Shown: positions 1-9,003 of the stretch, one piece after another
Position numbering within the stretch: the first letter of the stretch is position 1
How the letters are laid out: every line of letters starts with the position of its first letter
DNA from: an uncultured Gammaproteobacteria bacterium
Lineage (GTDB): Bacteria > Patescibacteriota > Microgenomatia > JALYQM01
Assembly: GCA_964403585.1 (NCBI GenBank)
Contig: CAYOFQ010000001.1
Coordinates: forward strand, 712,630 to 776,629
DNA: 64,000 nt
Reading direction: 5' to 3'
The notes under the pieces: generated by a model
What the model was told of the DNA's origin: nothing
Databases searched by the model: none
What the model saw: only the letters and a program-made list of their open reading frames with translations
Program-made: the position numbers and the translations under genes

Positions 1-1017
1 GTCGAAGGAGGGAAGTACTATGTTGCCTATCCGCCGATGCCAGCAATTATGGCAATTCCGTTTGTCATGTTCTCCATAGCTGACAAAAGCCAAACATTTA
101 TTTCAATCTTATTTGCCTGCTTCAATGGAGTGCTCTTCTATTGGCTGATGAAAAAAATCTATACGCCACGAATTGCGGCCGTTAGTACTGTCTTACTGAT
201 GTTCGGAACCAACCACTGGTATCTCGCTACCGAAGGATCTTCCTGGTATATCGCACATATTTTTGCTGTCTTTTTTCTGCTGTTGGCGCTACTGACATAT
301 CTGAATAAAAATGAAGAGGGCCGGGTGTCTGTGCCGTCTAAGGTTGTGACCTGGTTTTTTGTCGGCGTAAGTGTTGGGGCAGCATACTGGTCCCGCTTAC
401 CGGCTATTCTCGGTGCACCGTTTTTTGTGCTTCTTCCGGTTGTGCAAAAAGAGTTAAGAAAGTACGTCAGACATATTATCGTCTTCTGCATCGGCGTGGG
501 AATTTTTCTGCTGCTCAACTTCGGGTACAATTATATCCGCTTTGGCACCATCAGCGACAAAAGTTATGTGCTGATACCGGGTGTTCTTGATGAGCCCTGG
601 TTTACCGAGGGTATATTTAGCCTCTCGTATCTGCCTAAAAACATTATTTTCTTCTTCACTAAAATGCCGGCGCCATTTCCGGATTTTCCTTATTACAAAC
701 CAACTCTTGAGGGAATGTCCTTCTTCCTGACTTCACCATTTTTTATTTTCCTGCCGTTTATTAAATGGAAACGGCCGGTTGTCTGGTTATCCGTTGTAAT
801 TGGGGTGGTTATGTTAATGCCGGGGTTACTTCACGGAACGCCCGGTTTTGCCCAGTTCGGCTACCGGTTTGCCATGGAGGCCACCCCGTTCTTTTTATTG
901 GCTCTCGGTTCATTTATGGAACGGAAATGGTGGTGGGTAAGTCTACCTTTTATGGTGCTCGCTATCGCTATTAACTATTGGGGAATATACTTCATCCGTA
1001 CCCTCGGCATCCATTAA
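1..1017 (+). CDS. GT-C family membrane glycosyltransferase (ArnT/PMT-like), 5'-truncated by the window edge. The reading frame is open from nt 1.
   Basis: Frame 1 is continuous with the 37..1017 ORF. It is a polytopic membrane protein with repeated hydrophobic segments. The C-terminal region resembles the GT39/ArnT family. Confidence 0.45.
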   Translation, partial: VEGGKYYVAYPPMPAIMAIPFVMFSIADKSQTFISILFACFNGVLFYWLMKKIYTPRIAAVSTVLLMFGTNHWYLATEGSSWYIAHIFAVFFLLLALLTYLNKNEEGRVSVPSKVVTWFFVGVSVGAAYWSRLPAILGAPFFVLLPVVQKELRKYVRHIIVFCIGVGIFLLLNFGYNYIRFGTISDKSYVLIPGVLDEPWFTEGIFSLSYLPKNIIFFFTKMPAPFPDFPYYKPTLEGMSFFLTSPFFIFLPFIKWKRPVVWLSVVIGVVMLMPGLLHGTPGFAQFGYRFAMEATPFFLLALGSFMERKWWWVSLPFMVLAIAINYWGIYFIRTLGIH

Positions 1018-1039
1018 CCAAATACGGTATAATCCGACT

Positions 1040-1924
1040 ATGTACGTTATAACAGGACAAACCGGCACCGGAAAAACTTCACTCGCCTTACAAATTGCCA
1101 GACAGCAGAACGGTGCACTTATTTCAGCTGATTCCCGTCAGGTGTTCACCGGGATGGATATCGGCACCGGTAAGATTGACTCACCTGCGGATTTGGAGTA
1201 CCAGGGCAATACGTGGTATCTCTGCGGCGTGCCCATCTATGGAATAAATCTCATTAATCCTAACCAGGTTTTTAGTGCGGGTGACTTTGCGGCCTACGGA
1301 AGAGAAGTTATTGCCAAAATACAGTCACAGGGAATGTTGCCAATCGTAGTGGGGGGTACCGGATTCTACCTTAAATCGTTACTTGATCCCGACGATACGG
1401 TGTTTATACCCCAAAATGACCAATTGCGGGATACGCTTGAAAAACTGAGTGTAGCCGAATTACAAGCTGCTTTGGCCACCGGCGATCCGGTTAAATTAAG
1501 CAACATGAATAATTCTGACCGCCACAACCCCCGACGATTAGTTCGTGCACTTGAAGTCGCGGAGTGGAAGAAGCAGAATGCCTGCCAGAGACACCCGGCT
1601 ATGGATTTTTCCGGTGACATAACCTGGATCGGGCTAACCGCTCCTAAGGAAACTCTGCTGGAACGCATCACGAAAAGAATTACGCAGATGTTGGAAAATA
1701 ATTTGGAGAATGAAGTTCGCACGCTCGCTTCAAACTATTCGTGGGAAACGCCTGGATTGCAAACCATTGGCTATCGCGAATGGCAGGGATATTTTGCCGG
1801 AGAAAAAACGCTCGAACAGGTCAAACAGAATATGATTACAGCACACCTTCAATATGCACGAAAACAAATGATCTATTTCAAAAGGCTGCCACAAATAGCC
1901 TGGCGCGATATCTCACAACCTTGA
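1040..1924 (+). CDS. miaA: tRNA dimethylallyltransferase
   Basis: The N-terminal P-loop GQTGTGKTSLAL is followed by SADSRQVFTGMDIGTGK and DRHNPRRLVRALEV motifs, which are typical of MiaA. Length is 294 aa. Confidence 0.85.
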   Translation: MYVITGQTGTGKTSLALQIARQQNGALISADSRQVFTGMDIGTGKIDSPADLEYQGNTWYLCGVPIYGINLINPNQVFSAGDFAAYGREVIAKIQSQGMLPIVVGGTGFYLKSLLDPDDTVFIPQNDQLRDTLEKLSVAELQAALATGDPVKLSNMNNSDRHNPRRLVRALEVAEWKKQNACQRHPAMDFSGDITWIGLTAPKETLLERITKRITQMLENNLENEVRTLASNYSWETPGLQTIGYREWQGYFAGEKTLEQVKQNMITAHLQYARKQMIYFKRLPQIAWRDISQP

Positions 1925-1955
1925 CCCGCGTCAGCAAACCCTTTACGCTATAGGT

Positions 1956-3014
1956 ATGGAAATGCGTTCCAAACAAACTATCAACTGGGATATCTCGAGC
2001 TCTGCCATTATCAAAGTACTGGTTACAATTGGCATCATCTTTTTACTGTATTACCTACAGGACGTACTCGTATCATTATTTGTGGCTGTTATATTAATGT
2101 CAGCCATAGCCCCGCTGGTATCAATACTGCGTGATCGGTTTAAGATCTCCACACGGTTCGCAATTACCATTTCCTATTTGTGTACCTTAGCAGTAGTTAT
2201 TACCTTAATCTATCTCGTCGTACCGCCGCTGCTCAGGCAATTAGGCTTGTTCCTTGTCGATCTCCCCAAGTACACCCGGTCGGTTATTTCATCCCTGGGT
2301 TTTTTCAATAATGATACCCAAATAGATATGTACAAAGATAACGTGCTCAACTATTTCAATGAGCAAACCGGAAAGGTCGCCGAAGGTGCCTTCAATGCCA
2401 CAGTCACGCTCTTCTCAAGCGTACTCAGTGCCATCAGTGTAGCGGTATTTACATTTTATCTCTTGCTTGAAAAAGAAGCTCTGCACGGAAGCCCTTTACG
2501 CTTCGTTCCGTGGCTTTCGCATAAACAAAAAAAAGAATTCACGAAACTGCTCAACGAAATTCAGATCCGTCTTGGTCACTGGGCACGCGGTCAAATGTTA
2601 TTGTGTTTTATCGTTGGGACACTTACTTATATTGGCCTATCATTATTACAAATCCAATTCGCTTTGCCGCTCGCTGTAATTGCCGGAATGCTAGAAATTG
2701 TACCAATTATCGGTCCGATAATTTCATCGGTACCTGCAATCATCGTAGTAATGGCTGTTGAGCCGGAAAAAGCGATATTTGTCGTAGCTTTATATCTGCT
2801 GGTGCAGCAACTTGAAAACGGATTTATCGTTCCGCAGGTAATGAAGAAAGCGGTCGGACTGTCGCCGATTATAACGCTGCTCGCTTTAATGATCGGAGAA
2901 AAACTTATGGGAACAACCGGCGCCCTGCTTTCACTCCCTGCGACATCTGCATTGTTGGTAATATTGGATTATTACTCAAAGCAAAAAGACAAACTTTCAA
3001 TCCGATTGGACTAG
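1956..3014 (+). CDS. AI-2E family transporter (PerM/YhhT-like, UPF0118)
   Basis: About 8 TM segments and 352 aa. The conserved C-terminal GLSP...LL region matches the family. Confidence 0.7.
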   Translation: MEMRSKQTINWDISSSAIIKVLVTIGIIFLLYYLQDVLVSLFVAVILMSAIAPLVSILRDRFKISTRFAITISYLCTLAVVITLIYLVVPPLLRQLGLFLVDLPKYTRSVISSLGFFNNDTQIDMYKDNVLNYFNEQTGKVAEGAFNATVTLFSSVLSAISVAVFTFYLLLEKEALHGSPLRFVPWLSHKQKKEFTKLLNEIQIRLGHWARGQMLLCFIVGTLTYIGLSLLQIQFALPLAVIAGMLEIVPIIGPIISSVPAIIVVMAVEPEKAIFVVALYLLVQQLENGFIVPQVMKKAVGLSPIITLLALMIGEKLMGTTGALLSLPATSALLVILDYYSKQKDKLSIRLD

Positions 3015-3015
3015 T

Positions 3016-3648
3016 ATGGATACCTTTACCATTTTTCTGTTCGCAGTTGTACTCTTTGTCGCATTTATCTATTTTCTCCGCCAGTTGCATAGTCAGCCAT
3101 CCCTCGCCGATCATAAAATTTCCAAGCTGTATGTCGATGCCCACATTATCGAACTGGAGGAGAATGACCTGATCATTGACGGGCAAACAAATAACGACAT
3201 TCATCTGGGACATTTTGAAGAGCTTATCGAAGTACTTAACCGGTGCGCGATGTATAAAGAAATTTTCAATAATTACAAAATCTATGTAGCGGTGAACCAT
3301 ATTATTGGTCTGCCGAAACTCCAAAACTATATCCATGGTGAGAATTTCATGACCGTGGAAGAGACGCAGTTTCGTGAAGATCTGAGATATGGTGGTTGTT
3401 ACTTTCAAAACAAAGACGGTGGTGCTATGATTCATGCTATAGGAGAGCCGGATGCTATCCTAAATCTCTGTTCTCAGATTCATGATACCGAAGAGATTCT
3501 TCGGGTATCTCAAAAATGGATAAAACAGGGATACCTTGTTTCCGCTGTAGCAACAGCAGATGTTTATGGCGATAAAAAGAATGTTTTAGTACGCGGCGTA
3601 AAAGAAAAAATGGTCTTTCTAGGACTACTCGCTATTAAAAATTCATGA
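3016..3648 (+). CDS. Hypothetical protein with an N-terminal TM helix and a C-terminal segment resembling a P-type ATPase nucleotide-binding/hinge region. Possible gene remnant.
   Basis: The C-terminus GEPDAILNLCSQI...GYLVSAVATA...MVFLGLLAIKN parallels the KGAPE..C...GxRVLAxA...FxGLxxxxDP block of P-type ATPases. That block includes the bona fide ATPase at 30929..33469. The ORF stops before the DPPR/TGD motifs. Confidence 0.35.
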   Translation: MDTFTIFLFAVVLFVAFIYFLRQLHSQPSLADHKISKLYVDAHIIELEENDLIIDGQTNNDIHLGHFEELIEVLNRCAMYKEIFNNYKIYVAVNHIIGLPKLQNYIHGENFMTVEETQFREDLRYGGCYFQNKDGGAMIHAIGEPDAILNLCSQIHDTEEILRVSQKWIKQGYLVSAVATADVYGDKKNVLVRGVKEKMVFLGLLAIKNS

Positions 3649-3691
3649 ACAGACACTTGTAAATCTTCGGGTTTTGATATATACTTCTATA

Positions 3692-3992
3692 GGCCTTAGG
3701 AAACAGATGGTTAGGTCGGAGTGCTTCGTAAGAAGCACGAAGATCAGGAAAGTCCAGACAGCATAAAGCAAGGGTGCTAAAATTAAATTTTTAGACGCGA
3801 AAGCGCTAGTTAGAGCATCAGAGACAATTAAATTTTCTACTTAAGCTTAGTAGAAGATGGAAGGTGAAAAGGGCAATCCTCCCCGCTGCAATCCTAGACT
3901 GAACCGTTATCAGGTCGCTTGCCGAGGTTCGAATCAGGAGCATTAGATAGATAACCATTAAAACAGAATCTGGCTTACTCGTTTCCTAAGGC
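3692..3992 (+). ncRNA. rnpB: RNase P RNA (bacterial type, compact)
   Basis: The P4 5' strand caGGAAAGTCCagaCagCATAAaGCAaGGGTGCtaa matches the universal AGGAAAGUCCGGGCUCCAUAGGGCAGGGUGCC block. The P4 3' strand ACAGAAtCtGGCTTAc covaries with it (ccaga/tctgg). The terminal P1 pairing is ggccttaggaaac / gtttcctaaggc. Confidence 0.7.
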
Positions 3993-4102
3993 TTTTTTAA
4001 ATCAACACTGCCCAACCCCCAATAATTATTGATTATATTTTATTACAAGAATTCGCGTTCGTGTGGTGTGCACGCTGCGATAGATATTAGTAATTTAAAA
4101 CC

Positions 4103-4197
4103 GCTGTAGCGATTCTTTTCCGTGCGACTTAGGAGAGCATGAAATGCTCGACGCGGAGCGAAGCGGGGAGCAAAGGAAAAAATCGCAAAGAGGTTTT
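4103..4197. repeat. Conserved ~90-nt structured element, copy A (second copy at 52990..53075)
   Basis: The core is gcgat.cttttc.gtgcgact.a + variable hairpin + gc.gAGCGAAGCGGGGAGC.AAAG.AAAA.ATCGCAAA.AGGTTT. The outer stem gcgatNcttttc/gaaaaNatcgc and an internal hairpin are retained with different sequence in the two copies. Confidence 0.5.
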
Positions 4198-4229
4198 AAA
4201 AAGATTAAGAGAATTTAGGAGAAAGTATA

Positions 4230-4963
4230 TGAATACCAAAGCCATTACAACAGAAAAAGAAAACTTAAAAGAAGAGATACAGTCATTCATTCTTGGGGGT
4301 GAACTTAGTCGAAGATTATCATCAACACAGAAAGATCTCTGTATCAAAACATCACTCGCCTTTAACTTAAACCCGTTAAAGAGAGAAGTTCACTTTGTCC
4401 CGTTTAACAACGATATTAAAATTGTTGTCGGGTACGAAGTATATTTAAAGCGGGCAGAGAAGTCCGGCAAACTCAACGGCTGGAGAGTAGATATTGATGG
4501 AGCAGGCTCCAATATGAAAGCAGTTGTCACCATTAACCGTAAAGACTGGGAAAAACCATTCGTGCACGAAGTATTTTTAGTCGAAGCACGCCAGTCAACA
4601 CCACTCTGGCTAAAGATGCCACGCTTCATGCTTAAAAAAGTTGCGATTGCCCAGGCATTTCGCTTAGCCTTTCCGGAAGAACTCGGCGGTCTCCCGTATA
4701 TGCCGGAGGAAGTCGGGTTGGAAGGAGTGACACAACCTGAAGAGAAAAAGAATGTCGCGGTGAATACACCTCCCAAGGTACACCACACTATTCTCACTTC
4801 TGCTCCACGCGCTATTAAATTAGAAAAAATTCAGTGCGAAAAGTGTCAGAGGGAAATTACACCGGGCATCAAAGCCTTTAGTGAAAAGAATTTTGGACGA
4901 GTTTTGTGCATGACGTGTCAGAAAACAGCTAAATCTGCGACTCCTGTACAAGCGACAGCCTAA
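4230..4963 (+). CDS. recT: RecT-family single-strand annealing protein with C-terminal Cys4 zinc-ribbon
   Basis: WLKMPRFMLKKVAIAQAFRLAFPEELGG matches the E. coli RecT HPERMLRHKAMIQCARLAFG block. The C-terminus is CEKCQ...CMTCQ. The start was moved to the M at 4230, which has the aggagaaagtatATG RBS, because 4139..4229 is the repeated element. Confidence 0.7.
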
Positions 4964-4989
4964 ATAACGTTGCGCTGCCCGCAACAACA

Positions 4990-5020
4990 AAAAGCCATCT
5001 CTTTACGGGGTGGCTTTTTT
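4990..5020 (+). terminator. Rho-independent terminator after recT
   Basis: Hairpin agccatctctttacggggtggct followed by TTTTT. Confidence 0.6.
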
Positions 5021-5036
5021 ATAGCACAATTATCCT

Positions 5037-6557
5037 ATGTTAACAAAAATTGCCTCGGCGGCCATCGTCGGCTTAGAGGCAAAACTCGTCACAATTGAAG
5101 TTGACATACAATCACAGGGCTTGCCACACTTCATCATCGTCGGACTTCCCGATAAATCAGTTGATGAATCCAAAGAGCGTGTTCGCAGCGCGATCAAAAA
5201 TAGCGGATTTGAATTTCCAAACAAGAAGATTACCGTCAACATGGCACCTGCCGATGTTTTTAAAGAAGGTTCACGCTTTGATCTGCCACTGGCACTCGGC
5301 ATACTTGCAGCTTCCGGGCAGATCAATAATACCTCTCTCGATACTAAATTATTTTACGGCGAACTCTCTTTAGATGGCACCATCAAACCGGTACGGGGGA
5401 GTGTATTAATTGCAATCTCAGCAAAAGAAGCCGAAATACAAGAGCTGTATGTCCCGGCAGACAATGCTGCCGAAGCCCGTATCATTGAAGGAAGTAAAAT
5501 CTATGCCTGCCAAAAGTTATCGCAGCTTGCCAACTATTTTAATGAAAAAGAAATACTCACCTCTTTCAGTTACATTCCGGCCGGAACTATCAGGCCAACA
5601 ACCAATTCTACCGATATCGCCGAAGTACGAGGACAGCTCCAAGCAAAACGGGCATTGGAAATTAGCGCTGCCGGTGGGCATAACTGCATCTTAATCGGGA
5701 ATCCTGGCGCCGGTAAAACACTCCTGGCAAAAACTTTTCCATCCATTCTGCCGGATATTACTCCCGAAGAATCAATTGAACTCACCAAACTCTACAGTAT
5801 CTCAGGGTACCTTGATCAAAACATGCCCATAATTACTGAGCGGCCATTTCGGCACCCGCACCATACCGGAAGTGTATCTTCAATAGTTGGCGGTGGATCA
5901 AACCCGAAACCGGGTGAAATTTCACTCGCACATCGGGGAGTTTTATTCCTGGATGAATTTCTCGAATTTCCCAAAGCAGTGCTGGAATCATTACGCCAAC
6001 CGCTTGAGGATGGAACGATGACTGTTTCCCGGGCTGCGCTGACGGTAACCTTTCCGGCAAAATTTATTCTGCTGGCCGCCTGTAACCCCTGCCCGTGCGG
6101 CTATGCATTTAGTACCGAAGCAGGAAAACAGTGCACCTGTTCACAACTTCAACTCGCGAACTATCAGAAAAAACTATCCGGACCGATTCTTGATCGCATT
6201 GATCTCCAAATTAAAATCCGCTCAGTACCGGTACACGAATTAACACAGCTGGAAAGGGGAGAATCCTCTCAGGTAATCCGAGACCGGGTACAAGCAGCCA
6301 GAAGTATTCAAAAGGAAAGACTAACGGGATTACATAAATATACCAATGGCGAAATGACCTCTGAAGAGGTCCAAAAACTCTGTTCATTATCAGGTGATGC
6401 CGCCGCGCTTATGAGCCAGGCAGCGGCTAAAATGAATTTATCAGCCCGTTCATATTTTCGGACAATCAAAGTGGCCCAGACTATCGCCGATCTGGCGGGA
6501 GAAACAGTAATTACCCAACAGCATGTCGCCGAATCACTACAGTACCGACTGAGTTGA
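5037..6557 (+). CDS. comM: YifB/ComM family Mg-chelatase-like AAA+ ATPase
   Basis: Lon-like N-terminal domain (LPDKSVDESKERVRSAIKNSGFEFP, DLPLALGILAA). AAA+ Walker A GNPGAGKT. Cys-rich insert CNPCPCGY. Length is 506 aa. Confidence 0.85.
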   Translation: MLTKIASAAIVGLEAKLVTIEVDIQSQGLPHFIIVGLPDKSVDESKERVRSAIKNSGFEFPNKKITVNMAPADVFKEGSRFDLPLALGILAASGQINNTSLDTKLFYGELSLDGTIKPVRGSVLIAISAKEAEIQELYVPADNAAEARIIEGSKIYACQKLSQLANYFNEKEILTSFSYIPAGTIRPTTNSTDIAEVRGQLQAKRALEISAAGGHNCILIGNPGAGKTLLAKTFPSILPDITPEESIELTKLYSISGYLDQNMPIITERPFRHPHHTGSVSSIVGGGSNPKPGEISLAHRGVLFLDEFLEFPKAVLESLRQPLEDGTMTVSRAALTVTFPAKFILLAACNPCPCGYAFSTEAGKQCTCSQLQLANYQKKLSGPILDRIDLQIKIRSVPVHELTQLERGESSQVIRDRVQAARSIQKERLTGLHKYTNGEMTSEEVQKLCSLSGDAAALMSQAAAKMNLSARSYFRTIKVAQTIADLAGETVITQQHVAESLQYRLS

Positions 6558-6595
6558 AGGTCGCCTCAAAACACATTTAGTGATACTATTGAAAT

Positions 6596-7495
6596 ATGAA
6601 AGTATTACTTACCGATGTTACCGGTGTCGTCGGATCGCGTGTTCTGGATATTCTCTTAAAAAAGAATCATGATGTTTACGTTCTGGTGCATAATCCTGCA
6701 CGTCTGGAAGAGTTCCAGCACAAAGGAGTTCATGCCTTGAGCGGCAATGCCGAAGAAAACGGATCGTGGCTTGGCCAGTTACCGGAGGAACTTGATTATG
6801 TGATCAACAGTATCGTCCCCCAACTGCCTGCCCGTGTATCACTCAAGCAAATCGAGGAAACGTACGCACCTCTCATGTTTAATATTACGAAAAATCTACT
6901 CTATGCAGCAACAAAAACTAAAGCCAAACACTTTTACCAAACAGCCGACGCGCACATCTATCTCAATACCGGTAATGTTGTCAACGAACGCACCGGATTC
7001 AACCGCGATGCGGGTAATTACGGCAGACTATTTATGGAGATGATTCCCTATGTGCAAAGTCAGAAGGGAATTCCTGTCACGGTTTGTGTCCATGGACTTA
7101 TATATGATTCAACAGGGAACACCATCCCCGAAATTCCGGCCACTGCCGGACGGTTGCCAATAGTAGGCGGCGGTGAAAACTTTATGCAACTCACCCATGC
7201 TGATGATTTAGCTGCCGGAATAGTATTTGCCATTGAGAAAAATTGTGAGGCGCCTGTACTCAACATTGTTGATGACAAACCGGTAACTCAAAAAGAATTT
7301 ATACAAATACTCGCCATGAAACGTCAGCAAAGTACTGCACCGGTACCAAAATTTTTAGCTACACCCTTATTTGGCGAAGTACTGACTAATACCTTATCTG
7401 AATCGCTCCAGGTTAATAATGATGACCTCAAAGCAATGGGGTATTGGCTGAAATTCCCTGATATACGGGCCGGATTTGCACTCGGACTTACTTGA
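6596..7495 (+). CDS. NAD(P)-binding SDR family protein (NmrA/epimerase-like)
   Basis: N-terminal Rossmann motif LLTDVTGVVGSRV. Length is 299 aa. Confidence 0.6.
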   Translation: MKVLLTDVTGVVGSRVLDILLKKNHDVYVLVHNPARLEEFQHKGVHALSGNAEENGSWLGQLPEELDYVINSIVPQLPARVSLKQIEETYAPLMFNITKNLLYAATKTKAKHFYQTADAHIYLNTGNVVNERTGFNRDAGNYGRLFMEMIPYVQSQKGIPVTVCVHGLIYDSTGNTIPEIPATAGRLPIVGGGENFMQLTHADDLAAGIVFAIEKNCEAPVLNIVDDKPVTQKEFIQILAMKRQQSTAPVPKFLATPLFGEVLTNTLSESLQVNNDDLKAMGYWLKFPDIRAGFALGLT

Positions 7496-7721
7496 TTACC
7501 TTAAAGAAGTAGAGAGCCAGTTCAATTGCAATCGCTGCTCCGCCAACCATCAGCGAACGCTTAATATCGTGGGCGTAGGCAGCAATTTCCTGGGTATTGC
7601 GTTCCGATTGTGAAAGTTTAGCAGTCGATGCTTCCTTACGGACCGTATTTAGCGAGACACCGAGTCCTTCGCTGCTGTTTTTCTTAAGTTCTTCCCGACG
7701 AATTTGTTTTTGTATTGCCAT
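7488..7721 (-). CDS. Small tail-anchored hypothetical protein (77 aa)
   Basis: ORF with a C-terminal TM helix. It overlaps the stop of the convergent gene. RBS is weak. Confidence 0.3.
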   Translation of the reverse strand: MAIQKQIRREELKKNSSEGLGVSLNTVRKEASTAKLSQSERNTQEIAAYAHDIKRSLMVGGAAIAIELALYFFKVIK

Positions 7722-7802
7722 AGCGCAAAGTATATCCTACAAATTCTACCTTGACAAGCAAATATCTCTTTAACTATCATTGAGTAGTATAGGTGCTCAT
7801 TT

Positions 7803-8969
7803 ATGAATACAAAAAAAATAGTTGTTCTCAGCCTCGCCGGCTTGCTTGTACTCGGATTATCAATTTTCGGTGCTTATTCTATAACCAAATATATTAATAC
7901 GCCAAACGGTACCGAACAGACCTCATCCAACACACCCCAGCCAACAATAACCAAAGTTGATGCTGAAAGTTACTGCCCGTTGAACGGCAAAAAATACACC
8001 ACCGACGACCAGCTCGCCTGGGAACAACGACATCCGGTTGCTGTTATGATCGAGAACCATCCGGAATCCCGACCGCAATCCGGATTAACATCCGCCGACG
8101 TCGTCTACGAAGCGGTAGCCGAAGGTGGAATTACCCGCTTTATGGGAGTTTTCCTCTGCGAGCCGACACCCAAAGTAACCGGACCGGTGCGCAGTGCCCG
8201 AACCTATTTCCTTGACTGGCTTTCCGAATACAATGCGTTTTATGCTCACGTCGGCGGTGCTAACTCTGACGGACCAGCCGATGCGCTGCAGCAAATTAAA
8301 GATTATGGCATCAAGGATTTCGACGGGATCGCCGGGAATGTCTCGGTCGGTTTTTATCGTGACGAAAACCGGAATCCCGATGTCGCCTACGAGCACACCA
8401 TGTATCTGGATGTCGACCGTTTGCGCAAATATGCCAAAGACACGTTCAACTGGGATGCTAAAATTAACGGTGCCCGCTGGGACAGCACTTTTGAAAAATG
8501 GAAGTTTATCGACGCTAAAACATCACCAAAGCCGGCTACCAGAGAAAGCTCACCTGCCGCCACAATTGCCTATCAATTTTGGGATACTTCAGCCAATCTT
8601 TTTAATGTCAAATGGACCTATAACCCTCAGACTAAAGAATACTCACGCGAAATGGCCGGTCGACCGCACGTCGACAAAAACAACAATGAGCAAATTAAAG
8701 TTACTGATCTCATCGTAATGCTTCAGGAAGAAAGCCGGGCTGATGACGAGTATCACGACAATTTGCATTTACTATATAAAGACATCGGGACAGGTGAAGC
8801 CTATATCTTTATGGACGGGAACATGATAAAAGGAACATGGAGCAAGTCCGGAAGGACCGCCAAAACCAAATTCCTCGACTCTTTTGGACAAGAAATACCC
8901 TTGGAACGAGGAAAAATCTGGATATCAATCGTCCCGACATACAGTAAGGCTACGATTAAGGTCCAATAA
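7803..8969 (+). CDS. DUF3048 (YerB-like) lipoprotein/secreted protein
   Basis: Signal/TM N-terminus. PVAVMIENHPESRPQSGLTSADVVYEAVAEGGITRFMGVF and RSARTYFLDW blocks are characteristic of DUF3048. Confidence 0.6.
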   Translation: MNTKKIVVLSLAGLLVLGLSIFGAYSITKYINTPNGTEQTSSNTPQPTITKVDAESYCPLNGKKYTTDDQLAWEQRHPVAVMIENHPESRPQSGLTSADVVYEAVAEGGITRFMGVFLCEPTPKVTGPVRSARTYFLDWLSEYNAFYAHVGGANSDGPADALQQIKDYGIKDFDGIAGNVSVGFYRDENRNPDVAYEHTMYLDVDRLRKYAKDTFNWDAKINGARWDSTFEKWKFIDAKTSPKPATRESSPAATIAYQFWDTSANLFNVKWTYNPQTKEYSREMAGRPHVDKNNNEQIKVTDLIVMLQEESRADDEYHDNLHLLYKDIGTGEAYIFMDGNMIKGTWSKSGRTAKTKFLDSFGQEIPLERGKIWISIVPTYSKATIKVQ

Positions 8970-9003
8970 CTCATAACACTACTCCTGCCCGAAAGGAGAA
9001 CCT

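Noticed and set aside
159-530. 123-aa minus-strand ORF inside the GT-C glycosyltransferase gene
   Set aside because: It is fully embedded antisense in a longer, better-supported membrane-protein ORF, and has no RBS.
4139-4229. Track-predicted N-terminal extension of the recT ORF (MKCSTRSEAGSKGKNRKEVLKRLREFRRKY)
   Set aside because: This stretch is the conserved structured element, and an identical non-coding copy exists at 52990..53075. A strong RBS precedes the internal ATG at 4230.
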